Assembly (NCBI GenBank): GCA_963976865.1
Contig: CAXBLY010000002.1
Coordinates: 152,539 to 216,538 of the forward strand
DNA from: an uncultured Gammaproteobacteria bacterium
Lineage (GTDB): Bacteria; Pseudomonadota; Gammaproteobacteria; UBA4575
Length of the DNA: 64,000 nucleotides
Reading direction: 5' to 3'
The stretch's first letter is position 1. Every line of letters starts with the position of its first letter. The notes under the pieces are model-generated. The model searched no databases. It was given only the letters and a program-made list of their open reading frames with translations, and was not told the DNA's origin. Shown in pieces: positions 49,239 to 59,568 of the stretch. The position numbers were made by a program, and so were the translations under genes.

Positions 49239-50078
49239 TTACCCTGACAATTGCTTGCACATTTTTATCGCATAACTGACATCAGCGGCCTGCCTGTTCT
49301 GCCAGACGTCATGAACTCTGAAAATTTTGGCGCCAGCTTCTACACCTAACGCGGTTGTGGCACAGGTTGCGGGCATACGCTGCGCAGGATCTTCAGTAGC
49401 ACAAATCTCACCCATAAACCGTTTGCGACTGGTCCCCAGTAATACCAGATAGTCAGTTTCACAAATTTTATCCAGTTGATTTAGCAACTCAAGGTTATGC
49501 TGAGTGCGTTTACCAAAACCAATACCAGGATCCAGAATAATATTATTTTTTGATAATCCCAGGTCCTGCATTTTTTGTGCTTGAACAAGCAGAAATTCTT
49601 TTACTTCTTTTGCAGCATTTTCATAGCTGGGGTTATCCTGCATATTATCAGGACGACCCTGCATATGCATAATGCAGTAAGGCACATCGCGTTCGGCAAC
49701 GAGTTTCATGAGATCTACATCATCAGTACCGCCAGTGACATCATTCACAAACCCTGCGCCTGCATCGAGGGCTGCTTCGGCAACATCACTAAGTGTTGTA
49801 TCTATACTGATAAGCACATCACTGGAAATTTCCCGGGATAAAGCAGAAATAACATCCAGAACTCGTCTTTTTTGCTCAGTGGCATCGACTCGCTCTGATC
49901 CCGGTCGTGTAGACTCCCCGCCAATATCAATAATATCTGCGCCTTCATCTATCATTTCCAAACCACGCGCAACCGCATCACGCGTACTCACGTAACGACC
50001 CCCATCAGAAAAACTGTCGGGCGTGACATTTAGGATACCCATAATTAATGGGCCTTTTTTATCTAGAAGTTTACTCAT
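49239..50078 (-). CDS. folP: Dihydropteroate synthase
   Basis: MGILNVTPDSFSDGG, DIGGESTRPG, SIDT, LDPGIGFGK, GTSRKRF and FRVHDV. Confidence 0.95.
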   Translation of the reverse strand: MSKLLDKKGPLIMGILNVTPDSFSDGGRYVSTRDAVARGLEMIDEGADIIDIGGESTRPGSERVDATEQKRRVLDVISALSREISSDVLISIDTTLSDVAEAALDAGAGFVNDVTGGTDDVDLMKLVAERDVPYCIMHMQGRPDNMQDNPSYENAAKEVKEFLLVQAQKMQDLGLSKNNIILDPGIGFGKRTQHNLELLNQLDKICETDYLVLLGTSRKRFMGEICATEDPAQRMPATCATTALGVEAGAKIFRVHDVWQNRQAADVSYAIKMCKQLSG

Positions 50079-50084
50079 AATTAA

Positions 50085-51005
50085 CTACTCTGCATTGATG
50101 CGCTGAATATCGATAGTATTACCCACGCCAATTTTCATTAAATCATAACCCATAACAATATCTCCAGAATACATCTGCTTGATCTCGTCAATAACCTGAT
50201 CCTCAGACACACCAAACAGCAGGACGTGATTAAGAATTGCCGCTCTTGGTTTAATTTTATTGAGTATTTCAGCCATTTGAACAGGGTTCGTGTGATAGGC
50301 CACTACATTACCCAGGCGCTTATTTCGTTTTAATAAAACAGGTTTCGCAGCAACAATTTCATGAATGAGTAAATCAGCTTGTTGTGCATGCTTAATAAGA
50401 TTTTCTGAATAGGTTGTATCACCGGAAATGACAACCGCACGGTCACCAAATTCAAGACGGTAGCCATAAGCCGGTTTCACTGGCGCATGCTCCACCAGAA
50501 AAGCATGTATTGTCACACCATCTTTCTGATAGACCACGCCCGGTTCAATTTCAGCACTGTCAATGTCGGCCTTGCTATCATCCAGATCAACATTGGCAAC
50601 GCGATATGAAATATCTGCTTTGTAAGCATCACGCAAGCCTTTTATTAATTGATGTGTCCCCTTGGGGCCGCTCACATTGAGTAATTGCTGTCGCTGCCAT
50701 ATCCAGCCTGTTATCCACAGATCATCCAGCCCTGAAATATGGTCTGAATGCAGGTGTGTCAGGAATACCTTGTCAATCAGATTGGGAGTAATACCGGCCT
50801 GCTTTAATCTGATGGTGGCACCACGACCAACATCAAATAGAAAATACTGGCCACCTGCATAAACCAGAGTGGCTGAACCAAATCGTTCCACACTGGGACG
50901 GGGCGTACCTGTACCGAGAAGTGTCACTTCAAGATAATCTGCATGGGCGAAATTAAGCACCATCAGTGTCACAAATATCAACTTGAGTATTTTATTCATA
51001 AGCAC
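50085..51005 (-). CDS. Secreted MBL-fold hydrolase (RNase Z/AtsA-like)
   Basis: LLGTGTP, THLHSDH, SGDT and HT; N-terminal signal peptide. Confidence 0.85.
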   Translation of the reverse strand: MLMNKILKLIFVTLMVLNFAHADYLEVTLLGTGTPRPSVERFGSATLVYAGGQYFLFDVGRGATIRLKQAGITPNLIDKVFLTHLHSDHISGLDDLWITGWIWQRQQLLNVSGPKGTHQLIKGLRDAYKADISYRVANVDLDDSKADIDSAEIEPGVVYQKDGVTIHAFLVEHAPVKPAYGYRLEFGDRAVVISGDTTYSENLIKHAQQADLLIHEIVAAKPVLLKRNKRLGNVVAYHTNPVQMAEILNKIKPRAAILNHVLLFGVSEDQVIDEIKQMYSGDIVMGYDLMKIGVGNTIDIQRINAE

Positions 51006-51068
51006 AAATTCCTATACAACCACCACCATGAAGACGTAAACAATGTGACTGACAAAATATAATGTGTG

Positions 51069-52859
51069 TTATTTACCAACCTTCAACACAGCCAGAAACG
51101 CAGCCTGAGGAACTTCCACGCTACCGATTTGCTTCATTCGCTTCTTGCCTGCTTTCTGTTTTTCTAACAGTTTTTTCTTGCGGGTGATATCACCACCGTA
51201 ACACTTCGCCGTTACATTTTTGCGTAGCGCTTTAATTGAAGTACGTGCGATTATTTGTGTCCCAATCGCTGCCTGAATGGCGACATCATACATTTGACGA
51301 GGAATCAGATCCTTCAGCTTCACTGCCAGTGCATTTCCATAGGTACGCGAATGATCAGAATGAACAATCACTGATAATGCATCCACCCTTTCACTATTAA
51401 TCAATATATCAAGCTTGACTAAAGGTGCTGGTGAAAAATGCGAATGCTGGTAGTCAAACGAGGCGTAGCCACGACTGACTGATTTAAGTCGATCAAAGAA
51501 ATCCAGTACAACTTCATTTAATGGAATATCAAACGTAATCGCTACCTGACTTCCATGATAAACAAGATTTTTTTGTATGCCTCTTTTTTCAATACATAAT
51601 GTAATCACATTACCGACAAATTCATGCGGCACGAGAATATTTGCGGTAATGACGGGCTCATGAATTGAGTCAACTTTGTTTGGTGGTGGTAATTGCGACG
51701 GATTATGAATCTGCATAATTTCACCACTGGTCAAATGTATCTGGTAGACAACAGTTGGCGCTGTTGTAATCAGGTCCAGATCATATTCTCTTTCCAGACG
51801 TTCCTGGACAATCTCCATATGCAGCATGCCGAGGAATCCACAACGGAAACCAAAGCCAAGAGCTTGCGATGTTTCGGGTTCGAATGAAAAAGATGCATCA
51901 TTTAATTTCAGTTTATCTAGCGCATCACGAAAATTTTCGTAGTCATCAGCATTCACAGGAAATATACCTGCAAATACATTCGGATTAACTTCTTTAAAAC
52001 CGGGTAATGCCTTTTCTGCCTGGGTATCTGCAGATGTAAGAGTATCTCCCACTTTTGCGCTGGAGATATCTTTAATGCCGCATATCAAAAACCCAACTTC
52101 ACCCGCTGATAATTCACTGCGGTCTACACGTTTAGGTGTAAACACACCTAATTTTTCCACCTGAAAATTACGTCCTGTCGACATTGACACAATTTTTTGT
52201 TTTGGTTTCAGACAACCATCAAACACGCGTATCAATGTAATCACACCGACATAACTATCAAACCACGAATCGATAATTAATGCTTTTAGTGGTTTGTCAG
52301 GATCACCTTTCGGTTCCGGGATATTAAGTACCAGCGCTTCCAGCACCTCTTGCACACCCTGGCCGGTCTTGGCACTCACCAGTATAGGATCAGTGGCATC
52401 AATGCCGATGACTTCTTCAATTTCTTCAGCGACCCTATCGGGGTCGGCGGCAGGCAAGTCTATTTTATTCAGGACAGGTAACACTTCCAGCCCCAGCTCA
52501 ACTGCGGTGTAGCAGTTTGCTACACTCTGCGCTTCTACACCCTGAGAAGCATCTACAATTAGTAGCGCCCCTTCACAGGCAGCAAGTGAGCGGGATACTT
52601 CATATGAAAAATCAACATGGCCAGGTGTATCAATAAAATTCAGGTGATAAGTATTTCCGTCTTTGGCTTTGTAAGGTAAGGATACGGCCTGGGCTTTAAT
52701 CGTAATGCCTCTCTCCTGCTCCAGGTCCATAGAGTCCAGAACCTGGGCACTCATTTCGCGATCACTTAAACCGCCACAGAGCTGAATAAAACGATCTGCC
52801 AAAGTGGATTTGCCGTGATCAATATGGGCAATAATGGAAAAATTACGTATATGTTTCAT
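51069..52859 (-). CDS. lepA: Elongation factor 4
   Basis: [30 protein letters not shown] and [10 protein letters not shown]. Confidence 0.98.
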   Translation of the reverse strand: MKHIRNFSIIAHIDHGKSTLADRFIQLCGGLSDREMSAQVLDSMDLEQERGITIKAQAVSLPYKAKDGNTYHLNFIDTPGHVDFSYEVSRSLAACEGALLIVDASQGVEAQSVANCYTAVELGLEVLPVLNKIDLPAADPDRVAEEIEEVIGIDATDPILVSAKTGQGVQEVLEALVLNIPEPKGDPDKPLKALIIDSWFDSYVGVITLIRVFDGCLKPKQKIVSMSTGRNFQVEKLGVFTPKRVDRSELSAGEVGFLICGIKDISSAKVGDTLTSADTQAEKALPGFKEVNPNVFAGIFPVNADDYENFRDALDKLKLNDASFSFEPETSQALGFGFRCGFLGMLHMEIVQERLEREYDLDLITTAPTVVYQIHLTSGEIMQIHNPSQLPPPNKVDSIHEPVITANILVPHEFVGNVITLCIEKRGIQKNLVYHGSQVAITFDIPLNEVVLDFFDRLKSVSRGYASFDYQHSHFSPAPLVKLDILINSERVDALSVIVHSDHSRTYGNALAVKLKDLIPRQMYDVAIQAAIGTQIIARTSIKALRKNVTAKCYGGDITRKKKLLEKQKAGKKRMKQIGSVEVPQAAFLAVLKVGK

Positions 52860-52892
52860 TTACGAGCGAGTCAAAAATAATCTATCAACAAT

Positions 52893-52919
52893 AAAAAAGC
52901 GGGCTAATATAGCCCGCTT
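52893..52919 (-). terminator. Rho-independent terminator after mucD/degP
   Basis: AAGCGGGCTA-ATA-TAGCCCGCTT; T-run on the minus strand. Confidence 0.8.
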
Positions 52920-52961
52920 CGAATAATACACTGCAATTATGAGGGAAGTGTATGCGAACCG

Positions 52962-54395
52962 CTACTTTTCCTCATCCTGTGGGATTTTAAGCGCCAGAAA
53001 TTGTGGCCCCTGACGGCGCTGAACCAGAATTGAAGCAAATTTACCTTTAGGTAATTTTTCTACTATCTCCTTCAATTCCATCACTGTCTGCACTTTATCA
53101 CCATTGATTAATTGCAAAACATCTCCTTTACGTATGCCTGCTGATTTAGCAGCACCCTCAGCAACCGACTGAACGTATAAACCATGGGATAATTCCATTT
53201 CTTCCAGTTCATCCTTGGTTAACGCACGAACATCCAAACCAAGAATACCTTCTGACACTTTTTCAATAGCGTCACCGGCAAGAGGCTGATCTGAATCCGG
53301 CAACTGACCGATCTTGACTTTGACTGTGCTCAACTTGCCGTCTCGCATGATCTTAAGCTTAACCTGTTCACCAACGCGAACACGCCCAACCATTGGCGGC
53401 AATGCAGCAGAACTTTGAACTTCCTGCCCATTAAAGGAAAGAATTACATCACCTACTTTAATGTCTGCATCTTCCACCGGACTGCCATCCATGATTTTTG
53501 CAACCAGTGCACCCATGGGTTTATCCATTCCAAAGGACTCGGCGAGTTCACGTGTCACTTCCTGTATGTACACTCCCAGCCAGCCACGTGACACATAACC
53601 GTTCGCTTTAAGCTGATCAATAACATCCATGGCGACTTCAACAGGAATTGCGAATGACAATCCCATAAAACCACCCGTACGACTGTAAATTTGAGAGTTG
53701 ATACCGACGACTTCACCATTCAGGTTAAACAGTGGTCCGCCTGAATTGCCAGGATTAATAGCCACATCAGTCTGTATAAAAGGCACGTAGTTCTCATTTG
53801 GCAAACTTCTGCCTTTAGCACTGACAATGCCTGACGTTACAGAATGATCAAAACCAAAAGGTGAGCCAATTGCCAACACCCATTGACCAACTTTAAGCTC
53901 ATTGGCAGAACCAAGTTTCACTACCGGAAGATCACTTGCTTCAATTTTCAATAAGGCAATATCACTTCGCGGATCACTGCCGATAAGCTTTGCTTCCAGC
54001 TCACGACGATCACTCAGTTTAACAATAATCTCATCCGCCTCTTTAACGACATGATGATTCGTTACGACATAACCGTCATTGGAAATAATAAAACCTGAAC
54101 CTAATGAACGAGAATTAAAATAGTCTTCATGCGGACCCTGTTGACCTCCAAAGAATTTCTCCAGAAAGTCACCTAATGGCCCATCCTGAGGCATGTCAGG
54201 AATTTCCATATTGGGTGGCAAGGTGCGACGTGTAACCTGTTGTTTGGTGGTGCTGATATTCACGACTGCACCTGCATTGCTCTCTACCAGTTTTGTGAAA
54301 TCTGGCAAGCCTGTATCAGCATTAGCAACGCTTAAAAATGCGATTGAAATTAAAATAAAAAAGTATATAAAAGATATTCTATTTTTCTGAAGCAA
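52962..54395 (-). CDS. mucD: DegP/DegQ-family periplasmic serine protease (MucD position)
   Basis: GSGFII, TNHHV, SDIALL and NPGNSGGPL; two PDZ domains; synteny rpoE-rseA-rseB-X-lepA. Confidence 0.9.
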   Translation of the reverse strand: MLQKNRISFIYFFILISIAFLSVANADTGLPDFTKLVESNAGAVVNISTTKQQVTRRTLPPNMEIPDMPQDGPLGDFLEKFFGGQQGPHEDYFNSRSLGSGFIISNDGYVVTNHHVVKEADEIIVKLSDRRELEAKLIGSDPRSDIALLKIEASDLPVVKLGSANELKVGQWVLAIGSPFGFDHSVTSGIVSAKGRSLPNENYVPFIQTDVAINPGNSGGPLFNLNGEVVGINSQIYSRTGGFMGLSFAIPVEVAMDVIDQLKANGYVSRGWLGVYIQEVTRELAESFGMDKPMGALVAKIMDGSPVEDADIKVGDVILSFNGQEVQSSAALPPMVGRVRVGEQVKLKIMRDGKLSTVKVKIGQLPDSDQPLAGDAIEKVSEGILGLDVRALTKDELEEMELSHGLYVQSVAEGAAKSAGIRKGDVLQLINGDKVQTVMELKEIVEKLPKGKFASILVQRRQGPQFLALKIPQDEEK

Positions 54396-54504
54396 AGCTA
54401 TTCTCCTTCAACAAGTAGCTTTATGTAATAGCAGTTTCGCTGTATTTGACTCATTTTTTTATTCCATTTGAGCCATGATTCATTCCCTTTTTACGAATCA
54501 CTTT

Positions 54505-54532
54505 ACTGACAATACTGGCAAGCCAAAAGTTC
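54505..54532 (-). promoter_or_regulatory. Candidate sigmaE promoter for mucD
   Basis: Minus strand GAACTT-N17-TCAGT. Confidence 0.4.
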
Positions 54533-54544
54533 TAAAGAATTTAG

Positions 54545-55561
54545 CTACTCACCATGTATGATAGACGAACCGATCATCTTAACGGTTTCGTTAGGTACTT
54601 CTCCTAACACGGTAATCTGGTGATTATCAAACCCTCTGGAAAAAGCATTAATAGATCCGCGCTGACTTAGCCCTTCAAACATATTGCCAAGCTTGCGTGG
54701 TTTGATAATAAACACTGACACAGACGCGACACCATCAGTCACCACCATATGGTGGACTGGTTCATCACTGGTTGTCATGATTCGCTGACTGATTTTACTG
54801 ACAGAAAATCCTGGTGGCAGTTTGGAAACACGCCAGACTTTACTATCTTGTGATGGCGCCTTCATATTCTCACCCAGGCGTTTTGATTTGCGCCATGTGA
54901 AGTCTTGTATATCATTTTCCGGATGGAAATTTATATGCTCGACCGAATCCAGATATTCCACACTTGTAAACATCACTTCTTCAAGCAGATGTCCACGCGG
55001 ATGAATCATTTTAGAACGTAACAACATACCACTTTCAGGCTCGATACATAATTCATAGCCATAGCGGTATTCATCAACCGGTTTAATTGCCAGTAATTTA
55101 CAGTCATGCTCTGCAATTCTACCGTCAGGCCCTGTTATTACCATATAGTTTTGAGTCAGGCTTTCCAGCTCTCTCGGTACAATAGTAGGAATGCCGTGAT
55201 GTGCAGAAGATGGGTTCACTGTTACCAGATTGCGCATAGGCCATACACAAGTCACTGTTTCATCATCACGAACCACTTCACGGGTTTCACCACTCAATGA
55301 CGTTAATCTTTCTTTTACTTCACCATCAACAACGCCATGAACTATTCGCATTGAATCCAGCTGACCATTATGCATAAACACAAACGTGCCTTGATAATTA
55401 ATCTGGTCGGCCTGGTCGAGCATTTTAGTAATAAGCCTGTGACCCTCGGATTCGGCATCACTATTTGCTGGTGATACAGCTGGCGGTTGCGCTTGCACAC
55501 TTGCCGCAAATAAAATCAGTAATGAAGCAAGTATTGCGTGCATGGGATTTCTATTTAACAT
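54545..55561 (-). CDS. rseB: Anti-sigmaE regulator RseB/MucB
   Basis: NYQGTFV, ERLTSLSG, DEYRYGY, SDG-like TDGVASVSVF and TVLGEVP. Confidence 0.92.
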   Translation of the reverse strand: MLNRNPMHAILASLLILFAASVQAQPPAVSPANSDAESEGHRLITKMLDQADQINYQGTFVFMHNGQLDSMRIVHGVVDGEVKERLTSLSGETREVVRDDETVTCVWPMRNLVTVNPSSAHHGIPTIVPRELESLTQNYMVITGPDGRIAEHDCKLLAIKPVDEYRYGYELCIEPESGMLLRSKMIHPRGHLLEEVMFTSVEYLDSVEHINFHPENDIQDFTWRKSKRLGENMKAPSQDSKVWRVSKLPPGFSVSKISQRIMTTSDEPVHHMVVTDGVASVSVFIIKPRKLGNMFEGLSQRGSINAFSRGFDNHQITVLGEVPNETVKMIGSSIIHGE

Positions 55562-56198
55562 CCTTTAGTTCAATGATTTCCACATATGGCGAAATAATTC
55601 GCTGACTGCCATATCCTGCATGCCCCTGAATATAGGGATTCAGCTCCTGATAATAAATTTTTTCTTCTACCTGTGGATTACTCTGTATGGCTTCCAGTTG
55701 CTGGACTGTGGCCGGTGCAAACTCAACTTGTTGTGCACTTTGAAGTGTCATTGCTGCGGCAGGCTTCATTTCATCTGCTGCTTTTTGTTCACTGATGGCA
55801 AGCTCGGGAGCATCGATACCTGTTGGCTGATTGAAATTCTGGTATGTGACAATTGAGAATGCAGCGACAGAGGCTGCAACAGCAAGACCGGCGACCTGTT
55901 TGACATGGCTGCCAATCCGTTTGATACCAGCCTTGGCAGTCGACTCCTGGTCCTGATGATAACCTTCCTGGCTGATTGCCTGCATCACCTGCTGAGAAAA
56001 GTTGCCGTCGATTTGCGCAGGAAAATGTTTATTCATTACCGCGCTAACAGCGTTATACCGCACCCAGGTTTTTTCACCTTCAGAGGTGGCCAGCAAACTG
56101 GTATTTAGTCTGCGTCTTTCAAATTCAGACAAGTCTTCATCAAGACTCGCGCTGATTAATTCCAGGTCTTTTTCAGATAATTCTGTTTCTGTACTCAT
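55551..56198 (-). CDS. rseA: Anti-sigma factor RseA/MucA
   Basis: ELISASLD, WVRYNAVSAVM and TM GLAVAASVAA; YIQGH. Confidence 0.85.
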   Translation of the reverse strand: MSTETELSEKDLELISASLDEDLSEFERRRLNTSLLATSEGEKTWVRYNAVSAVMNKHFPAQIDGNFSQQVMQAISQEGYHQDQESTAKAGIKRIGSHVKQVAGLAVAASVAAFSIVTYQNFNQPTGIDAPELAISEQKAADEMKPAAAMTLQSAQQVEFAPATVQQLEAIQSNPQVEEKIYYQELNPYIQGHAGYGSQRIISPYVEIIELKDVK

Positions 56199-56221
56199 AA
56201 TAGTGACTCACTTATAAATAA

Positions 56222-56797
56222 TTAACTCATCAATGGCTGAACAACTTTATCGATCGCCTCTCGCGCTCTGAATATTCGCGATCTGACAGTACCGATCGGA
56301 CAATCCATTGCCTCTGCAATTTCTTCGTAGCTCATTCCTTCCAGCTCTCGCAGCGTTATCGCCATTTTCAAATCATCAGGCAGTTGATGAATGACATCAA
56401 ACACCCGTGTTTCCAGCTCCTGCGACTGTAAAACCCGGTCCGGTGTTGCGTGATCGCGTAATACAGCAGCATCGTCAAAATACTCTGCATCATCAACATC
56501 AACCTGACGATCCGACTGTCTGCGTGATGCCGATAGCAGGTAATTCTTAGCGGAGTTCACTGCGATTCTATACAACCATGTATAAAACGCTGCGTCCCCG
56601 CGAAAATTCTTTAACCCCCGATAAGCTTTAATGAACGCTTCCTGCGCAACGTCCTGAGCTTCGTCGGGGCGAACATAGCGGCCCACCAAGTTAACTACTT
56701 TGAACTGGTATTTCTTCACTAGCAGGTCGAAGGCGCGTGTATCACCTTCTTTAGCCCGTGCAACCAGCTCCTTATCGTTATTATTGTTCTCGCCCAT
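56222..56797 (-). CDS. rpoE: ECF sigma factor sigmaE/AlgU
   Basis: DKELVAR, DVAQEAFIKAYR, AFYTWLYRIAVN and CPIGTVRSRIFRARE. Start moved to ATG 56797. Confidence 0.97.
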   Translation of the reverse strand: MGENNNNDKELVARAKEGDTRAFDLLVKKYQFKVVNLVGRYVRPDEAQDVAQEAFIKAYRGLKNFRGDAAFYTWLYRIAVNSAKNYLLSASRRQSDRQVDVDDAEYFDDAAVLRDHATPDRVLQSQELETRVFDVIHQLPDDLKMAITLRELEGMSYEEIAEAMDCPIGTVRSRIFRAREAIDKVVQPLMS

Positions 56798-56838
56798 CGT
56801 GGGCTTATCTCCTTGGGCGAATAGGTATCCGCTAATAG

Positions 56839-56865
56839 TACGACTATATAGAATCGGTGAAGTTC
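56839..56865 (-). promoter_or_regulatory. SigmaE autoregulatory promoter of rpoE
   Basis: Minus strand GAACTT-N16-TCGTA (fits GAACTT-N16-TCnnA), 41 bp upstream of the rpoE ATG. Confidence 0.8.
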
Positions 56866-56954
56866 GCCCAGCCTCGGAATGAGTGAGCAATTACGGCGAT
56901 ATACTAACGATAGATGTTAACGGCGTCACATATTTTATGACAGAATTAGGAAAT

Positions 56955-58613
56955 ATGAGTTCAAAATCACCAAAATCCCACGATTATGATGTTCTTATCC
57001 TCGGCAGCGGCGCCGCGGGGCTGAGCACTGCACTGCATATCGACCAGAATTTGCGCATTGCCGTGCTTTCCAAAGCTGAATTAAGTAGCGGGAATACGTC
57101 ATACGCCCAGGGTGGCATTTCTGCCGTGCTGGATGACGATGATTCATTCGAACAGCATATCGGTGACACCATCTCGGCAGGTGCAGGCCTGTGTGACCCT
57201 GATGTGGTGGCAAAAACTGTCTCGGAAGGCAGCGAAGTGATCGACTGGCTACTCTCCATCGGGGTAGATTTCACCCGTGATAGCAATCCGCAGAATGCCC
57301 AGCAATTACACCTGACTCGCGAAGGTGGCCACACACGTCGTCGTGTTGCACATGTGGCCGATGCCACTGGCAATGCGGTGCAAAACCAGCTTATCGATGA
57401 AGTCCGCAAACGTGACCATATCGACCTGCACTCCAACTATATTGCGGTAGATCTTATCACTACGCAAAAACTGGGCATGAAAGACAATCGCTGTGTCGGT
57501 GCCTATATTCTCAATATTGAAAGTGGCGAAGTAGAAGTATTTCGCGCCAAAAATGTGGTGCTCGCCACTGGCGGGGCGAGCAAAGTGTACTTATATACCA
57601 GCAACCCTGACGGTGCCTGTGGCGATGGGCTTGCCATGGCATGGCGCGCGGGCTGTCGTGCCGCGAATATGGAGTTCATGCAATTTCACCCAACCTGTCT
57701 GTATCACCCGAAAGCCAAGTCCTACTTATTAAGCGAGGCCATTCGGGGTGAAGGCGGCAAGATTATTTTAGAAGACGGGACCGAGTTTCTGCATCAATTT
57801 GACCCAAGGGGTGTACTCGCTCCCCGCGATATCGTGGCACGCGCCATTGACTACATGATGAAAAAACATGGCCTCGATAGCGTCTATCTGGACATCAGCC
57901 ACAAATCCGCAAAATTTATTCAGGATCATTTCCCCAACATTCATGCGCGCTGCCTCTCGCTTGGCTACGACATGACCAAACAGCCCATTCCGGTCGTTCC
58001 TGCTGCTCATTATACCTGTGGCGGCATCGTTACCAATGAACACGGACAGACCGATATTGATCAACTATATGCCATTGGCGAAGTTGCCTTTACCGGCCTG
58101 CATGGTGCCAACCGCATGGCGAGTAATTCGTTACTGGAATGTTTGGCCTACGGACGTTTTGCCGGCCGGCATATTAACCAGTCCACCAACACCAGCGCAC
58201 AACATGTAGATATACCCGCATGGGATTCCAGTCGAGTATCAGATTCTGATGAAGAAATTGTTGTGGCCCACAACTGGGATGAACTGCGTCGATTTATGTG
58301 GGATTACGTAGGCATTGTGCGCAGCACTAAACGAATGCAACGTGCCAAACACCGTATAGATTTACTATTAAGCGAAATCGACGAGTACTACAGCAACTTT
58401 AATGTCACCAGCGATTTAATCGAGCTACGTAACATAGCGGTGGTTGCTGACTTGATAATTCGCAGCGCACTGGTACGCAAGGAAAGCCGAGGACTGCATT
58501 ACACACTGGATTACCCGGAAACCAACCCTGCGCTGGATAACATCAACACGATTCTAACGCCGGATTTAAGCGAGGCGGATAACAGCACGCAATTAACTGG
58601 CAGTCACAAATAG
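56955..58613 (+). CDS. nadB: L-aspartate oxidase
   Basis: [32 protein letters not shown] and [13 protein letters not shown]; divergent from rpoE. Confidence 0.97.
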   Translation: MSSKSPKSHDYDVLILGSGAAGLSTALHIDQNLRIAVLSKAELSSGNTSYAQGGISAVLDDDDSFEQHIGDTISAGAGLCDPDVVAKTVSEGSEVIDWLLSIGVDFTRDSNPQNAQQLHLTREGGHTRRRVAHVADATGNAVQNQLIDEVRKRDHIDLHSNYIAVDLITTQKLGMKDNRCVGAYILNIESGEVEVFRAKNVVLATGGASKVYLYTSNPDGACGDGLAMAWRAGCRAANMEFMQFHPTCLYHPKAKSYLLSEAIRGEGGKIILEDGTEFLHQFDPRGVLAPRDIVARAIDYMMKKHGLDSVYLDISHKSAKFIQDHFPNIHARCLSLGYDMTKQPIPVVPAAHYTCGGIVTNEHGQTDIDQLYAIGEVAFTGLHGANRMASNSLLECLAYGRFAGRHINQSTNTSAQHVDIPAWDSSRVSDSDEEIVVAHNWDELRRFMWDYVGIVRSTKRMQRAKHRIDLLLSEIDEYYSNFNVTSDLIELRNIAVVADLIIRSALVRKESRGLHYTLDYPETNPALDNINTILTPDLSEADNSTQLTGSHK

Positions 58614-59150
58614 CTTCGCACGATAGTGCTTCAACTCATCAATGGAATCACGAATATCTGCCAGCGCAAGGTGTTCTGATTCTTTATCAAACTCAAATTC
58701 CTTGCCAGGATACCATCGTTTAACCAGTTCCTTCAGAGTGCTTACATCCAGATTCCGATAGTGAAAAAATTCTTCAAGCAATGGCATCTGACGCGCCATA
58801 AAACGGCGATCCTGACAGATACTGTTGCCGCACATGGGCGACTTACCCGCCTCAATATACTTCTGTAAAAATGCAATTGTTTCAGCCTCTGCCTGCGCCA
58901 GAGTATAGTGACTTGCCAGCACGCGCTTTATGAGGCCTGATTTACCGTGTTGATTCTGATTCCATTCGTCCATCTGATCCAGACGACTTTGCGGCTGGTG
59001 AATGGCAATCATGGGACCTTCAGCAATAATATTTAGCTCTTTGTCTGTGACGATAGTGGCTATTTCTATAATTTCGTCGTTGACGGTATCCAGACCCGTC
59101 ATTTCCAGATCAATCCAGATCAGATTACTATTGTTTATTAAATCATCCAT
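58593..59150 (-). CDS. orn: Oligoribonuclease
   Basis: [34 protein letters not shown] and HLALADI. Confidence 0.97.
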   Translation of the reverse strand: MDDLINNSNLIWIDLEMTGLDTVNDEIIEIATIVTDKELNIIAEGPMIAIHQPQSRLDQMDEWNQNQHGKSGLIKRVLASHYTLAQAEAETIAFLQKYIEAGKSPMCGNSICQDRRFMARQMPLLEEFFHYRNLDVSTLKELVKRWYPGKEFEFDKESEHLALADIRDSIDELKHYRAKLFVTAS

Positions 59151-59244
59151 ATGTAGTGTCCACTATGTTTTCACACGTTGTATAATCAGTATTTAACGGA
59201 GTGTACACCAACTACATTCATATTATAAAAATTCGACCTTTAAC

Positions 59245-59553
59245 ATGACCGAGAAACAATACCCCATGAAATTATTGCCAAGCCTGTTATCACTTTCGTT
59301 AATCTTTATCAGCGTCAATTTGCACGCAGAAGATGGTCAGGCACTACACCAGTCAGAATGCATTGAATGCCACAGCAATATGACTGGCGGCGATGGACAC
59401 GTTATTTATACACGCGAAGAGCGTATTGTTAACAACCTTGCCGCATTAAACGCACGCGTGACACACTGCGCAAACGGAGCAGACACTGGCTGGAATGATT
59501 CTCAGATCAGTGCAGTAACCCAATACCTGAACAAACAGTTTTATCACTACTGA
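59245..59553 (+). CDS. Small monoheme cytochrome c (candidate His/Cys ligation, GHP-like)
   Basis: Signal peptide; CIECH; RVTHC...W...VTQYLNKQFY; no distal Met. Start may be ATG 59266. Confidence 0.8.
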   Translation: MTEKQYPMKLLPSLLSLSLIFISVNLHAEDGQALHQSECIECHSNMTGGDGHVIYTREERIVNNLAALNARVTHCANGADTGWNDSQISAVTQYLNKQFYHY

Positions 59554-59568
59554 GCGCATCATACTTCC

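Noticed and set aside
56798-56954. N-terminal extensions of rpoE (to 56890) and nadB (from 56883) in the ORF track
   Set aside because: They would overlap head-to-head and cover the sigmaE promoter; family N-termini fit ATG 56797 and ATG 56955.
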